Assembly: GCA_030064845.1 (NCBI GenBank)
Contig: JASJEC010000002.1
Coordinates: forward strand, 62,781-126,780
DNA: 64,000 nucleotides
DNA from: Kiloniellales bacterium
GTDB lineage: Bacteria > Pseudomonadota > Alphaproteobacteria > Kiloniellales > JAKSDN01
Direction: 5' to 3'
The stretch's first letter is position 1. The number at the start of each line of letters is the position of its first letter. The notes below the pieces were generated by a model. It ran no database searches, was not told the DNA's origin, and was given only the letters and a program-made list of their open reading frames with translations. Shown piece after piece: positions 56,003 to 64,000 of the stretch. The position numbers were made by a program, and so were the translations under genes.

Positions 56003-56031
56003 AACTTAGTTATCGCCCCCCAGCCCGTCAA
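56003..56031 (-). promoter_or_regulatory. candidate sigma70-type promoter of hrcA-grpE
   Basis: The minus strand reads TTGACG-N17-TAAGTT, about 27 nt upstream of the hrcA ATG. I see no CIRCE element. Confidence 0.3.
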
Positions 56032-56130
56032 CGCGGGCGAACGGGATAGCGCCGGGGCCGAAGGATGGACGGGTTCCGGGCGATGGGTTAGCGTGCCCCA
56101 CCCTATTCACGAGAGCGGCAGGAAAACCCC

Positions 56131-56847
56131 ATGCGCCCATCCGGACGCGCGCCCGACGAGCTGCGCAAGGTCACGCTGGAGAAAGACGTCAGCATGCACG
56201 CTGAGGGGTCCTGCCTCGCCAGTTTCGGCAACACCCGGGTCCTCTGCACTGCCTCGATCGAGGACCGCGTGCCGCCCTTCCTGCGCAACTCGGGGCGCGG
56301 CTGGGTCACGGCCGAGTACGGCATGCTGCCGCGTGCGACAAACACCCGGACCGACCGCGAGGCGGTGCGCGGCAAGCAGACCGGGCGCAGCCTCGAGATC
56401 CAGCGCCTGATCGGCCGCTCGCTGCGCTCGGTCGCCGATACCGGGGCCATGGGCGAGCGCTCGATCCGGATCGACTGCGACGTCCTCCAGGCCGACGGCG
56501 GCACCCGGACGGCCGCCATCACCGGCAGCTATGTCGCGCTGCACAGCGCGCTCGGCCACCTGGTCGAGATCGGCGTGTTCGAGTCCGTGCCGCTGACCGA
56601 CAACGTCGCCGCGGTGTCCTGCGGGATCGTCGACGGGACGGCGGTCCTGGACCTCGACTACCAGGAGGACTCCTCGGCCCAGGCCGACGCCAATTTCGTG
56701 CTGACCGGCGGCGGCGGGATTGTCGAGGTCCAGACCACGGCCGAGCAGACCGCCTTCGACCGCCGGCAGCTCGACGAGATGCTCGACCTCGCGGCGGCCG
56801 GCATTCAACGCTTGATCGAAATGCAGAACCAGGCACTGGAGTCCTAG
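56131..56847 (+). CDS. rph: ribonuclease PH
   Basis: 238 aa. [14 protein letters not shown]...[18 protein letters not shown]...[15 protein letters not shown] is typical of RNase PH. Confidence 0.97.
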   Translation: MRPSGRAPDELRKVTLEKDVSMHAEGSCLASFGNTRVLCTASIEDRVPPFLRNSGRGWVTAEYGMLPRATNTRTDREAVRGKQTGRSLEIQRLIGRSLRSVADTGAMGERSIRIDCDVLQADGGTRTAAITGSYVALHSALGHLVEIGVFESVPLTDNVAAVSCGIVDGTAVLDLDYQEDSSAQADANFVLTGGGGIVEVQTTAEQTAFDRRQLDEMLDLAAAGIQRLIEMQNQALES

Positions 56848-57021
56848 TCCAGATGTCAGCTATGGCAGGTCTGGCCCGGCGGACGCTGTAATACACCGGT
56901 CGGTTGATTTTCTAGCGCTCAATTAGAGATATTTTAAACATCCCCCATTACACCCCTTAAGCAACCTTGGCGGCCCGCCAGAACGGCTGGGCGGAGAATC
57001 CTGAAAGGACGGACCGAGGGC

Positions 57022-58476
57022 GTGCAAGGGCAAGCCGCGAACAGCGAAGCGGATCTGGAAACCAGGATCGCCGCCGGACGGATCGAGTCCCTAATCCGCC
57101 AGCAGTCCCTGGCGGTGCCGGTCACGCTGGTGAACTCGGTGCTGGTGTTCGTTCTGCTGATGGGCACCGCGCCGACCGGCTTCCTGAGCGCGTGGCTCGC
57201 GGCGATCTGGGCAGCGACGGGGATCCGGGCCGCCATCTGGCTACGGCTCCGGGGCAAGACCGTCGCGCCGGACGCCGCGGCCGGCCTGGGGCGGCGCTTT
57301 ACCGTCATCGCCTTGGGGTCCGGCCTGCTCTGGGGCCTGCCCGGCCTGGTGATGTTCCCCGAGAGCCCGATCGCCCTGCAGGGCTTCCTGGTCTTCGTGC
57401 TGGGCGGCATGTCGGCCGGCGCCGTCGCCACCCTGTCGTCCCACATGCCGGCTTTCTGCGCTTTCCTGCTACCCACGCTTGCCCCAGTCATCGCCCGGCT
57501 GTTCTACGAAGGGGGCCAGGGCGGCATGGCCTACGTCGCCATGGGCACCATGGGCCTGATCTACCTGCTGGTGCTTCTGGCGACCGCGCGCAGCCTGAAC
57601 GAGATGCTGAGCCGCTCGCTGGCGCTGCAGCTCGAGAAGAGCGACCTCGCCGAGACCCTGGCGGCCGCGCGGACCGAGGCCGAGGCGGCGAGTATCGCCA
57701 AGTCGGAGTTCCTGGCCATGGTCAGCCACGAGCTGCGCACGCCGCTGAACGCGGTCCTCGGCTTCTCCGAGCTGCTGGAGCGTCAGGTGCACGGGCCGCT
57801 GGGGCACGCGCGCTACCGCGACTACGTCCAGCACATCCGCAACAGCGGCAACCATCTGATGCACCTGATCGACGACCTGCTGTGCCTGTCGCGCGCGGGG
57901 TCGGGCGGGCTGACGCTGGTCGAGGACGAGATCCCGGACCTGGAGGACTTCCTCAAGCAGTGCGCCGGGCTGCTCAAGATCCGCGCGGCCCAGAAGCGGC
58001 AGGTCCTGACCGTGGTCGAGGGCCGGCGCGGCCTCGGTCTCAGGGCCGACCCGGTCCGCCTGCGCCAGATCGTCCTCAACGTCCTGTCCAACGCCATCAA
58101 GTTCACGCCGGACGGCGGCGAGACGATCATGACCATCCGCCGCCAGCGCTCCGGCGGGCTGTCGATCGTCGTGCGCGACACGGGCATCGGCATGTCGGAG
58201 CAGGAACTGAAAGTGGCGCTCGAGTCCTTCGGCCGGGCGGACTCGTCCCACTCGCGCAGCACCGAAGGGGCCGGGATCGGCCTGCCCCTTACCGCCTCGC
58301 TCATGAAGCTGCACCAGGGCGAGATCGAGATCGTCAGCCGTCCCAACACGGGCACCAAGGTCAGCTTGCGCTTCCCGCCGGAACGCGTCATAGACGGGGC
58401 CGGGGCGGCCGAACTGCAGGCGCCCCGGGAACCACGAGAGCAACACGCCGGTCACGGTTCGATCTCGGTCGCCTGA
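57022..58476 (+). CDS. membrane sensor histidine kinase (orphan, no adjacent response regulator)
   Basis: 484 aa with a GTG start and about 6 TM helices. It has the H-box [18 protein letters not shown], the N-box [14 protein letters not shown] and the G-boxes DTGIGM and GAGIGLPL. Confidence 0.85.
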   Translation: MQGQAANSEADLETRIAAGRIESLIRQQSLAVPVTLVNSVLVFVLLMGTAPTGFLSAWLAAIWAATGIRAAIWLRLRGKTVAPDAAAGLGRRFTVIALGSGLLWGLPGLVMFPESPIALQGFLVFVLGGMSAGAVATLSSHMPAFCAFLLPTLAPVIARLFYEGGQGGMAYVAMGTMGLIYLLVLLATARSLNEMLSRSLALQLEKSDLAETLAAARTEAEAASIAKSEFLAMVSHELRTPLNAVLGFSELLERQVHGPLGHARYRDYVQHIRNSGNHLMHLIDDLLCLSRAGSGGLTLVEDEIPDLEDFLKQCAGLLKIRAAQKRQVLTVVEGRRGLGLRADPVRLRQIVLNVLSNAIKFTPDGGETIMTIRRQRSGGLSIVVRDTGIGMSEQELKVALESFGRADSSHSRSTEGAGIGLPLTASLMKLHQGEIEIVSRPNTGTKVSLRFPPERVIDGAGAAELQAPREPREQHAGHGSISVA

Positions 58477-58513
58477 AGCGCGCGGGTCGGACCCGCCGGG
58501 CAAGGCGGACGAG

Positions 58514-59110
58514 ATGACGCGCGGATGGACCAGCGGTCCCCTGGTGATCGCCACCCACAATCCGGGAAAGCTGCGGGAGATCGCCGACCTGCTGCGGCCC
58601 TACGGCGTCGAGGTCCGCGCCGTCGGCGACTACGGCCTGCCCGAACCGGAGGAGAACGGCGAGAGCTTCGCCGAGAACGCCGAGATCAAGGCCCGGGCGG
58701 CCGCCGAGGGCACCGGCCTGCCGGCCCTGTCGGACGATTCCGGCCTGTCGGTCGCGGCGCTGGGCGGCGAGCCCGGCATCTATTCCGCGCGCTGGGCCGG
58801 CCCCGGCAAGGACTTCGCGGTCGCCATGACGAAGGTCGAGCAGGCGCTCGCCGGGAAGGCGGACCGGCGGGCCCACTTCACCTGCGCCCTGGCGCTGGCC
58901 TGGCCCGGCGGCGAGACCCAGGTGTTCGAGGGGCGGGTCGACGGCACCCTGGTCTGGCCGCCGCGCGGGGATCGGGGCTTCGGCTACGACCCGGTGTTCC
59001 AGCCCGAGGGCCACGACATCACCTTCGGCGAGATGGATCCGGAACGGAAGCATGCCATGAGCCACCGCGCTCGCGCCTTCGAGCAGCTGGTGGCCGCGGT
59101 CTTCTCGTGA
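58514..59110 (+). CDS. rdgB: non-canonical purine NTP pyrophosphatase RdgB/HAM1
   Basis: 198 aa. [21 protein letters not shown] and GFGYDPVF are present. Confidence 0.95.
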   Translation: MTRGWTSGPLVIATHNPGKLREIADLLRPYGVEVRAVGDYGLPEPEENGESFAENAEIKARAAAEGTGLPALSDDSGLSVAALGGEPGIYSARWAGPGKDFAVAMTKVEQALAGKADRRAHFTCALALAWPGGETQVFEGRVDGTLVWPPRGDRGFGYDPVFQPEGHDITFGEMDPERKHAMSHRARAFEQLVAAVFS

Positions 59111-60318
59111 ACGCCGCGACCGCCGCCCCGGCGCGCAGGAAGCCGGGTTCCGAGCCGGTTGACGCCGGCCTGGCGGTCTACGTCCACTGGCCGTTCTGCC
59201 GCTCCAAGTGCCCCTACTGCGACTTCAACAGCCACGTTAGGGCCTCGATCGACCAGGCTCTGTGGCGGCGTTCCCTCTTGCGCGAACTGGACCATTTCGC
59301 TGCCGAAACGAAGGGGCGCCGGGTGACCAGCGTGTTCTTCGGCGGCGGCACGCCCTCGCTGATGGCGCCGCGCAACGTCGAGGCCGTGCTCGACCGCATC
59401 GCGCATCACTGGACCCTGGCGCCCGATGTCGAGGTCACCCTGGAGGCTAACCCGACCTCTTCGGAGGCGGCCGCTTTCGACGGCTTCCGGCGGGCCGGGG
59501 TCAACCGTCTGTCGCTCGGCGTCCAGGCGCTCGACGACAACGCGCTCCGCTTCCTCGGGCGCGGCCACGACGCGGCCGAGGCGCTGGCCGCCCTGGCGCT
59601 GGCGCGCGAGCGCTTTCCACGGGTCTCCTGCGACCTGATCTACGCCCGGCCCGGCCAGGAACGGCGCGCCTGGCGGGACGAGCTCGACCAGATCCTGGCG
59701 CGGGACCCGGAGCACCTCTCGGTCTACCAGCTGACCATCGAGGCGGGGACCGCCTTTCACGCCGCCGCGCGGCGCGGCGAGCTCGTCGTGCCGGACGCGG
59801 CGCGGGCCGCCGAACTGTTCGAGGCGACCCAGGAGAGCCTGACGGCGGCGGGACGGCCGGCCTACGAGATCTCCAATCACGCGCGGCCCGGCGCGGAGTG
59901 CCGACACAACCTGACCTACTGGACCTACGGCGACTATGTCGGGATCGGCCCCGGCGCCCACGGGCGCCTCAGGATCGGCGGCCAGAAGGTCGCCACACGG
60001 CAGCACCGCGCACCCGAGGCCTGGCTCGCGCTGGTCGCCGAGCAGGGTCACGGCACCCGGGCGCGGCAGGCCGTCGGCCCCGAGGACCGGCTGGCGGAGC
60101 TCACCATGATGGGCCTGAGGCTGACCCAAGGCATCGCCCGGGCAGCCTTCGAGCGCGAGCTGGGCGCGCCGCCCGAACAGATCTTCGACCCGGAGAGGCT
60201 CGGGGCGCTGAGCGAGGCCGGCTACCTGGTGCTCGACGCCGCCGGCCTGCGCGCGACGGCGGCCGGGCGGCTCCGCCTCGACGCCGTGCTGCGGCACCTG
60301 CTTCCGTCAGCTAGTTGA
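59107..60318 (+). CDS. hemW: radical SAM heme chaperone HemW (HemN-like)
   Basis: The GTG at 59107 overlaps the rdgB stop (GTGA). [18 protein letters not shown] carries CX3CX2C, and the protein has a HemN C-terminal domain. Confidence 0.85.
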   Translation: MNAATAAPARRKPGSEPVDAGLAVYVHWPFCRSKCPYCDFNSHVRASIDQALWRRSLLRELDHFAAETKGRRVTSVFFGGGTPSLMAPRNVEAVLDRIAHHWTLAPDVEVTLEANPTSSEAAAFDGFRRAGVNRLSLGVQALDDNALRFLGRGHDAAEALAALALARERFPRVSCDLIYARPGQERRAWRDELDQILARDPEHLSVYQLTIEAGTAFHAAARRGELVVPDAARAAELFEATQESLTAAGRPAYEISNHARPGAECRHNLTYWTYGDYVGIGPGAHGRLRIGGQKVATRQHRAPEAWLALVAEQGHGTRARQAVGPEDRLAELTMMGLRLTQGIARAAFERELGAPPEQIFDPERLGALSEAGYLVLDAAGLRATAAGRLRLDAVLRHLLPSAS

Positions 60319-61708
60319 GCAGCTCTTCGAAGCTCTGGGGCGCGAAGTCGAGCACCTCGACCCCGTCGGGGCCCAGTTCCAGCACCGCGAGCCCGCGCTG
60401 GATCTGGCCGTTGGGCAGGAAGCGGAAGATGCCGTCCATGCCCGAGAAGCCGCTCGGCTGGGCGATGGCGGCGGGGCTGAAGTCGGGCAGGCGGCCGGCC
60501 GCCTCGGCGGTCCGGGACAGCACCGCGGCGAGCGCCGCGGCGTCGTAGGCGAGCGAGGCGATGCGCACCGGCTCGGCATTGTAGGTCAGTCGGTAGCGCT
60601 CCCGGAACCGCTCCCAGAGCTCGGGCGGCGGCGCGGCGAACCAGCCGCCGTGCAGCGAGGTCTCGGTCGCCAGGCGCGGGTCGTCCCAGAACGCAGTGCC
60701 GAGGAACTTCACCTCGACCGGATCGATGTCGTAGAACGCCAGCAGGGGCGCCAGGGTCATCAGCGACTTGCCGCCGACCGGCAGCAGCACCGCGTCGAAG
60801 TCCGGGCTGCCCAGCGTGTCGCGGGTCTCGAGCTGCTCCAGCAGGGCCTTGGACTCGTCGTCTTCCTTCTCCTCGAGCTCCTCGCGCTGCTCGAGCAGGG
60901 CCTCATGGCGCGCGTCGTACTGGGCCAGCGTGCGCACCTGGAGCGAGGGGTCGGGCTCGTCGGGATTGTAGGCCACCACGCGGGACAGCTCGACGTCGTT
61001 GGCGTCGACCGCGTCGCGCAGGGCGGTGATCACGGCGATCCCGTAGGGCGAGGCCGGCGCGAAGACCGCGAAACGCCGCACGCCCTGGCGGCTGGTGAAA
61101 TCGACCACGCGGCGCACCTGGCTCCGGGGCGACAGCCCCATCACGAAGACGCCGTCGCCCGCGACCGAAGGGTCGTTCGAGAAGGCGATCACGCTGACGC
61201 CCCGGGCGCGCGCCTCCTGTGCCACGGTCTGCACCGAGGTGGCGAACAGCGGCCCGAGGATCAGGCTTGCCCCCGAGGCGAGGGCGGAGCGGGCCGCCCT
61301 GCGTGCGCCCTCCGGTGTGCCCTTGGTGTCGCGCACGATCAGGACGAACTCGTCGCCGGCGATCTCGAACACGGCGAGCTGCGCCGCGTTGAGCAGCGCC
61401 TGGCCGATCGGCGCGTGCTCGCCGGTGAGCGGCAGGAGCAGGGCGACGTAGGGCGTGGAGGGCGACACCGGGCGGACCGGGCCGACGAAGTCTTCGCCCC
61501 AGATGTTGTCGGGCAGGACGCCCGGGGGAAACAGCGGCTGCCCCGGTTGCGCCTTGAAGGATTCGTTCGTTAACTTGGGGTCGGTCGTGCAGCCGGACAA
61601 AACGATCAGAGCAAGCGCCGCGAGCAGGGCCGGTACGAGGCGTCCGCCCCCCGGAACGCGGGTCACGCATGGTACGAAAAGCACGCGATCAGTCCTCACA
61701 GCCGTCAA
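60311..61708 (-). CDS. LpoA-like penicillin-binding protein activator (type I periplasmic binding fold lipoprotein)
   Basis: 465 aa with lipobox LSGC. VALLLPLTGEHAPIGQALLNAAQLA...RDTKGTPEGA...ASLILGPLF is present. It is divergent from rsmI, as lpoA is in E. coli. Confidence 0.7.
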   Translation of the reverse strand: MTAVRTDRVLFVPCVTRVPGGGRLVPALLAALALIVLSGCTTDPKLTNESFKAQPGQPLFPPGVLPDNIWGEDFVGPVRPVSPSTPYVALLLPLTGEHAPIGQALLNAAQLAVFEIAGDEFVLIVRDTKGTPEGARRAARSALASGASLILGPLFATSVQTVAQEARARGVSVIAFSNDPSVAGDGVFVMGLSPRSQVRRVVDFTSRQGVRRFAVFAPASPYGIAVITALRDAVDANDVELSRVVAYNPDEPDPSLQVRTLAQYDARHEALLEQREELEEKEDDESKALLEQLETRDTLGSPDFDAVLLPVGGKSLMTLAPLLAFYDIDPVEVKFLGTAFWDDPRLATETSLHGGWFAAPPPELWERFRERYRLTYNAEPVRIASLAYDAAALAAVLSRTAEAAGRLPDFSPAAIAQPSGFSGMDGIFRFLPNGQIQRGLAVLELGPDGVEVLDFAPQSFEELLN

Positions 61709-62610
61709 CGCCGAGTCGGAACGGCGCCGAGCCTAGCCACGCCGTTCCGCGAAGTAAACCGGGCAAGCCTGAGCCCGGGCTCCATGTCGTCGCCACACCG
61801 ATCGGCAACCTCGGCGACATCACGCTGCGCGCCCTCGATGTCTTGCGCAGGGTCGATCAGGTGGTCTGCGAGGATACGCGGGTCACGCGAAGACTCATGC
61901 AAGCCCATGGCTTGGACACAGATTTGACACCCTATCACGAGCACAACGCGGCCCGCGTGCGCCCGCGGCTGATTGAACGCATGAAAAATGGCGAATCGAT
62001 GGCGCTGGTGTCGGACGCCGGCACGCCCCTGATCTCGGACCCGGGCTTCAAGCTGGTGCGCGAGGCGATCGCCGAGGGCGTGGCGGTCACCATGCTGCCG
62101 GGCGCCTCGGCGCCGCTGACCGCGCTGGTGGTCTCGGGCCTGCCCTGCGACCGCTTCTTCTTCGCCGGCTTCCTGCCGTCCAAGGACGGCGCAAGGCGGC
62201 GGGCCCTGGACGAGCTCGCCCCGGTCCCGGCGACGCTGGTGTTGCTCGAGTCCGGCCGGCGCCTGGCCGCCACGCTGGGCGCGCTCGCCGAACGGCTCGG
62301 GCCGCGCCCGGGTGCCGTGGCCCGCGAGCTGACTAAGGCCTTCGAGGAGGTGCGCCGCGACGACCTGGCGGCGCTGGCCAACCACTACCGCCGCGCCGGG
62401 CCGCCCAAGGGCGAGATCGTGATCGTGGTCGGCCCGCCCGAGGCCGCGGCCGACCTCGGCGAGAACCTCGACCAGCAACTCCTGGCCGCCCTGGAGCGGG
62501 CGAGCCTGAGGGACGCCGCCGCCCTGGTCGCGGCGGCCACGGGCCTGCCCAAGCGGCGGGTCTACGAACGGGCCCTGGCGCTGGCCGGCGGGCGGGAACC
62601 CGAGGCATGA
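61669..62610 (+). CDS. rsmI: 16S rRNA (cytidine1402-2'-O)-methyltransferase RsmI
   Basis: LHVVATPIGNLGDITLRALDVL...VCEDTRVTRRL...SDAGTPLISDPG is present. The annotated start overlaps the lpoA-like start by 40 nt, so the true start is uncertain. Confidence 0.85.
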   Translation: MVRKARDQSSQPSTPSRNGAEPSHAVPRSKPGKPEPGLHVVATPIGNLGDITLRALDVLRRVDQVVCEDTRVTRRLMQAHGLDTDLTPYHEHNAARVRPRLIERMKNGESMALVSDAGTPLISDPGFKLVREAIAEGVAVTMLPGASAPLTALVVSGLPCDRFFFAGFLPSKDGARRRALDELAPVPATLVLLESGRRLAATLGALAERLGPRPGAVARELTKAFEEVRRDDLAALANHYRRAGPPKGEIVIVVGPPEAAADLGENLDQQLLAALERASLRDAAALVAAATGLPKRRVYERALALAGGREPEA

Positions 62611-62987
62611 GCCGGGACCGGCGCCGCGCAGCCTGGTCTTTCGGCCGCCGGGGCGAGACCCTCGCCGCCTGGTGGCTGCGCTGCAAGGGCTATCGGATCC
62701 TGGCGCAGGACTTCCGCGCCAAGGTCGGCGAGATCGACCTGATCGCCCGGCGCGGCGGGACCCTTGCCCTGGTCGAGGTCAAGGCCCGGCAGTCCGAGGA
62801 GGCCGCCGCCGAGGCGGTCCGGCCAGAGCAGCGGCGCCGCGTCGCACGCGCGGCACTGGCATTCCTCCAGCGCCACCCGGCGCTCTCGGCCCTGCGCCTG
62901 CGTTTTGACGTTATATTCATCGTACCTGGTAGAATGCCGCGTCACGTCCCCGACGCCTGGCGCCATGAGCCGCCGGGCGGCGTTTGA
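62607..62987 (+). CDS. yraN: YraN-family (UPF0102) endonuclease-like protein
   Basis: 126 aa. GRRGETLAAWWLRCKGYRILAQDFRAKVGEIDLIARRGGTLALVEVKAR is present. It overlaps rsmI by 4 nt. Confidence 0.85.
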   Translation: MSRDRRRAAWSFGRRGETLAAWWLRCKGYRILAQDFRAKVGEIDLIARRGGTLALVEVKARQSEEAAAEAVRPEQRRRVARAALAFLQRHPALSALRLRFDVIFIVPGRMPRHVPDAWRHEPPGGV

Positions 62988-63041
62988 CCCTTTCCCGGAG
63001 AGTCGCCCATCGCTATATCATTTTGGGAGCCTGAGAACGCC

Positions 63042-63665
63042 ATGTATCCCGCCGCCCTTCATCGCCTTTCTCTTTCCGTCCTGCTCGCCGCATCGCTGGC
63101 GGCCGGCGCCTGTGCGCCCGCCGTCGTAGCCGGCGGCGCCGGCGCCTCCACGGCCGGCACCGTCGCGCTCCAGGAGCGCAGCGCGTCCGAAGCGGTCAGC
63201 GACGTCCAGATCCGGCTGGAGATCAATCACTACTGGTTCCAGGCCAGCGAGATCCTCTACCGCAAGGTCAACCTCCAGGTCCAGGAGGGCCGGGTGCTGC
63301 TGACCGGCGCGGTGCCCGATCCCCAGACCCGGGTCGACGCCGTGCGCCTGGCCTGGCAGGCCACAGGCGTGCGCGAGGTGATCAACGAGATCGAGGTCGA
63401 CGACCAGACCACCTTGACCGACATGACCCGCGACACGGTGATCAGCCGGAAGCTCAAGAACCGGCTGCTGGCCGACAAGGAGGTCTCTTCGCTGAACTAC
63501 TCGATCGAGGTGGTGAACCAGCACATCTTCCTGATCGGCATCGCCCAGGACCAGGCGGAGCTCGACCGTGTCATGTCCCACGCGAAGGACATTTCCTACG
63601 TCCGGCGGCTGACCAACTACGTGCGGCTGAAGGACAATCCCTTGCCAGAGCGCCAGGAGTCATGA
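63042..63665 (+). CDS. BON-domain lipoprotein (DolP/OsmY-like)
   Basis: 207 aa with lipobox LAAGAC and two BON repeats (NLQVQEGRVLLTGAVPD and SIEVVNQHIFLIGIAQD). Confidence 0.8.
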   Translation: MYPAALHRLSLSVLLAASLAAGACAPAVVAGGAGASTAGTVALQERSASEAVSDVQIRLEINHYWFQASEILYRKVNLQVQEGRVLLTGAVPDPQTRVDAVRLAWQATGVREVINEIEVDDQTTLTDMTRDTVISRKLKNRLLADKEVSSLNYSIEVVNQHIFLIGIAQDQAELDRVMSHAKDISYVRRLTNYVRLKDNPLPERQES

Positions 63666-63670
63666 GCCCC

Positions 63671-63754
63671 GACCATCCGGTCATGACCGGCCGGCTCTGA
63701 TGGGCCGGCCACGATGAGCTGGTCGTGATGGGCTGGTCGTAATGGGCTGGTCGG
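63671..63754 (+). repeat. tandem 14-nt repeats spanning the intergenic region and the start codon of the next gene
   Basis: The clear units are GATGGGCCGGCCAC, GATGAGCTGGTCGT, GATGGGCTGGTCGT and AATGGGCTGGTCGG (63699-63754). Two degenerate units lie upstream at 63671-63698, each matching 8/14. Confidence 0.8.
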
Positions 63755-64000
63755 GGGCCAGCGGGCGGCACGAGCTGGAAGCGCGGCTGCGGGCGCTCGG
63801 CGGCCGGGACGACTCAGAGATCGACCTCGCCGACGCCGCCCTGATGCTGGCGTCGCTCGACCGGCCCCGGGTCTCGCTCGACCGCTATCGTCACCACATC
63901 GACCTGCTCGGCCGGGACGTCGCCAAGGCGGCGGCGGCGCTGGAGGCCGCGGGAGTGATCGACCGCCGGGTCCGGGCGCTCACCCAGGTGATCGCCGAGG
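63742..64000 (+). CDS. SirB1-N / transglutaminase-like TPR family protein (N-terminal part; continues beyond right edge)
   Basis: My translation reads MGWSGASGRHELEARLRALGGRDDSEIDLADAALMLASLDRPRVSLDRYRHHIDLLGRDV... It fits the N-terminal pattern of this family (idLaeaALllA...P.ld...y). It is not in the ORF track because no stop lies in the window. Confidence 0.5.
   Translation, partial: MGWSGASGRHELEARLRALGGRDDSEIDLADAALMLASLDRPRVSLDRYRHHIDLLGRDVAKAAAALEAAGVIDRRVRALTQVIAE

Overview
Core chromosomal segment of a very GC-rich alphaproteobacterium. Gene content and order look Rhodospirillales-like, but lineage and %GC were judged by eye and not computed.

- 1-13.3 kb: flagellar cluster. It holds flgK (partial), an flgN-like gene, a rod-binding flgJ-like gene, flgI, a flaG-like gene, fliX, dksA, flgH-flgA-flgG-flgF, and fliL-fliM followed by a small membrane protein and a motE-like gene. 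A motor-proximal cheY-cheZ pair follows.
- 13.6-64 kb: housekeeping genes.
  - a uspA / TIGR02186-like / tauE-like operon
  - trpS, murJ, glnD, a thiopurine methyltransferase, mutS, maeB
  - a complete Pho locus (phoR-pstSCAB-phoU-phoB)
  - a macrodomain gene coupled to ampG
  - typA, an adenosine-kinase-like gene, an EI24/CysZ-like gene, a bactofilin, a DUF389-like gene
  - nth, dapB, a 2OG oxygenase, an NAD(P)H quinone reductase
  - dnaJ-dnaK, a DUF1848-like gene, grpE-hrcA
  - rph, an orphan histidine kinase, rdgB, hemW
  - an lpoA-like gene, rsmI, yraN, and a BON lipoprotein

I see no rRNA, tRNA, CRISPR array, transposase, integrase, prophage, toxin-antitoxin pair or recognisable defence island. 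I cannot honestly name a new multi-gene system in this window.

The most unusual signals are mostly noncoding:
1. A ~266-bp nested-palindrome mosaic element exactly fills the cheZ/uspA convergent gap.
2. Three families of palindromic intergenic repeats recur across the window. One of them supplies the start codon of ampG.
3. 14-nt tandem repeats build mini-uORFs in front of the last gene.
4. Two sigma54 / IHF / enhancer-dyad promoter architectures share an 11-nt core.
5. Candidate RpoH-type promoters that match each other closely sit at dnaK and dksA.
6. Domain oddities: Nth with an extra C-terminal domain, GlnD with a basic AKP tail, a one-cysteine DksA, and a DUF1848-like protein with a C-terminal CX3CX2C.

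All family assignments rest on my reading of the translated ORFs and on motif recall. No database search was run.
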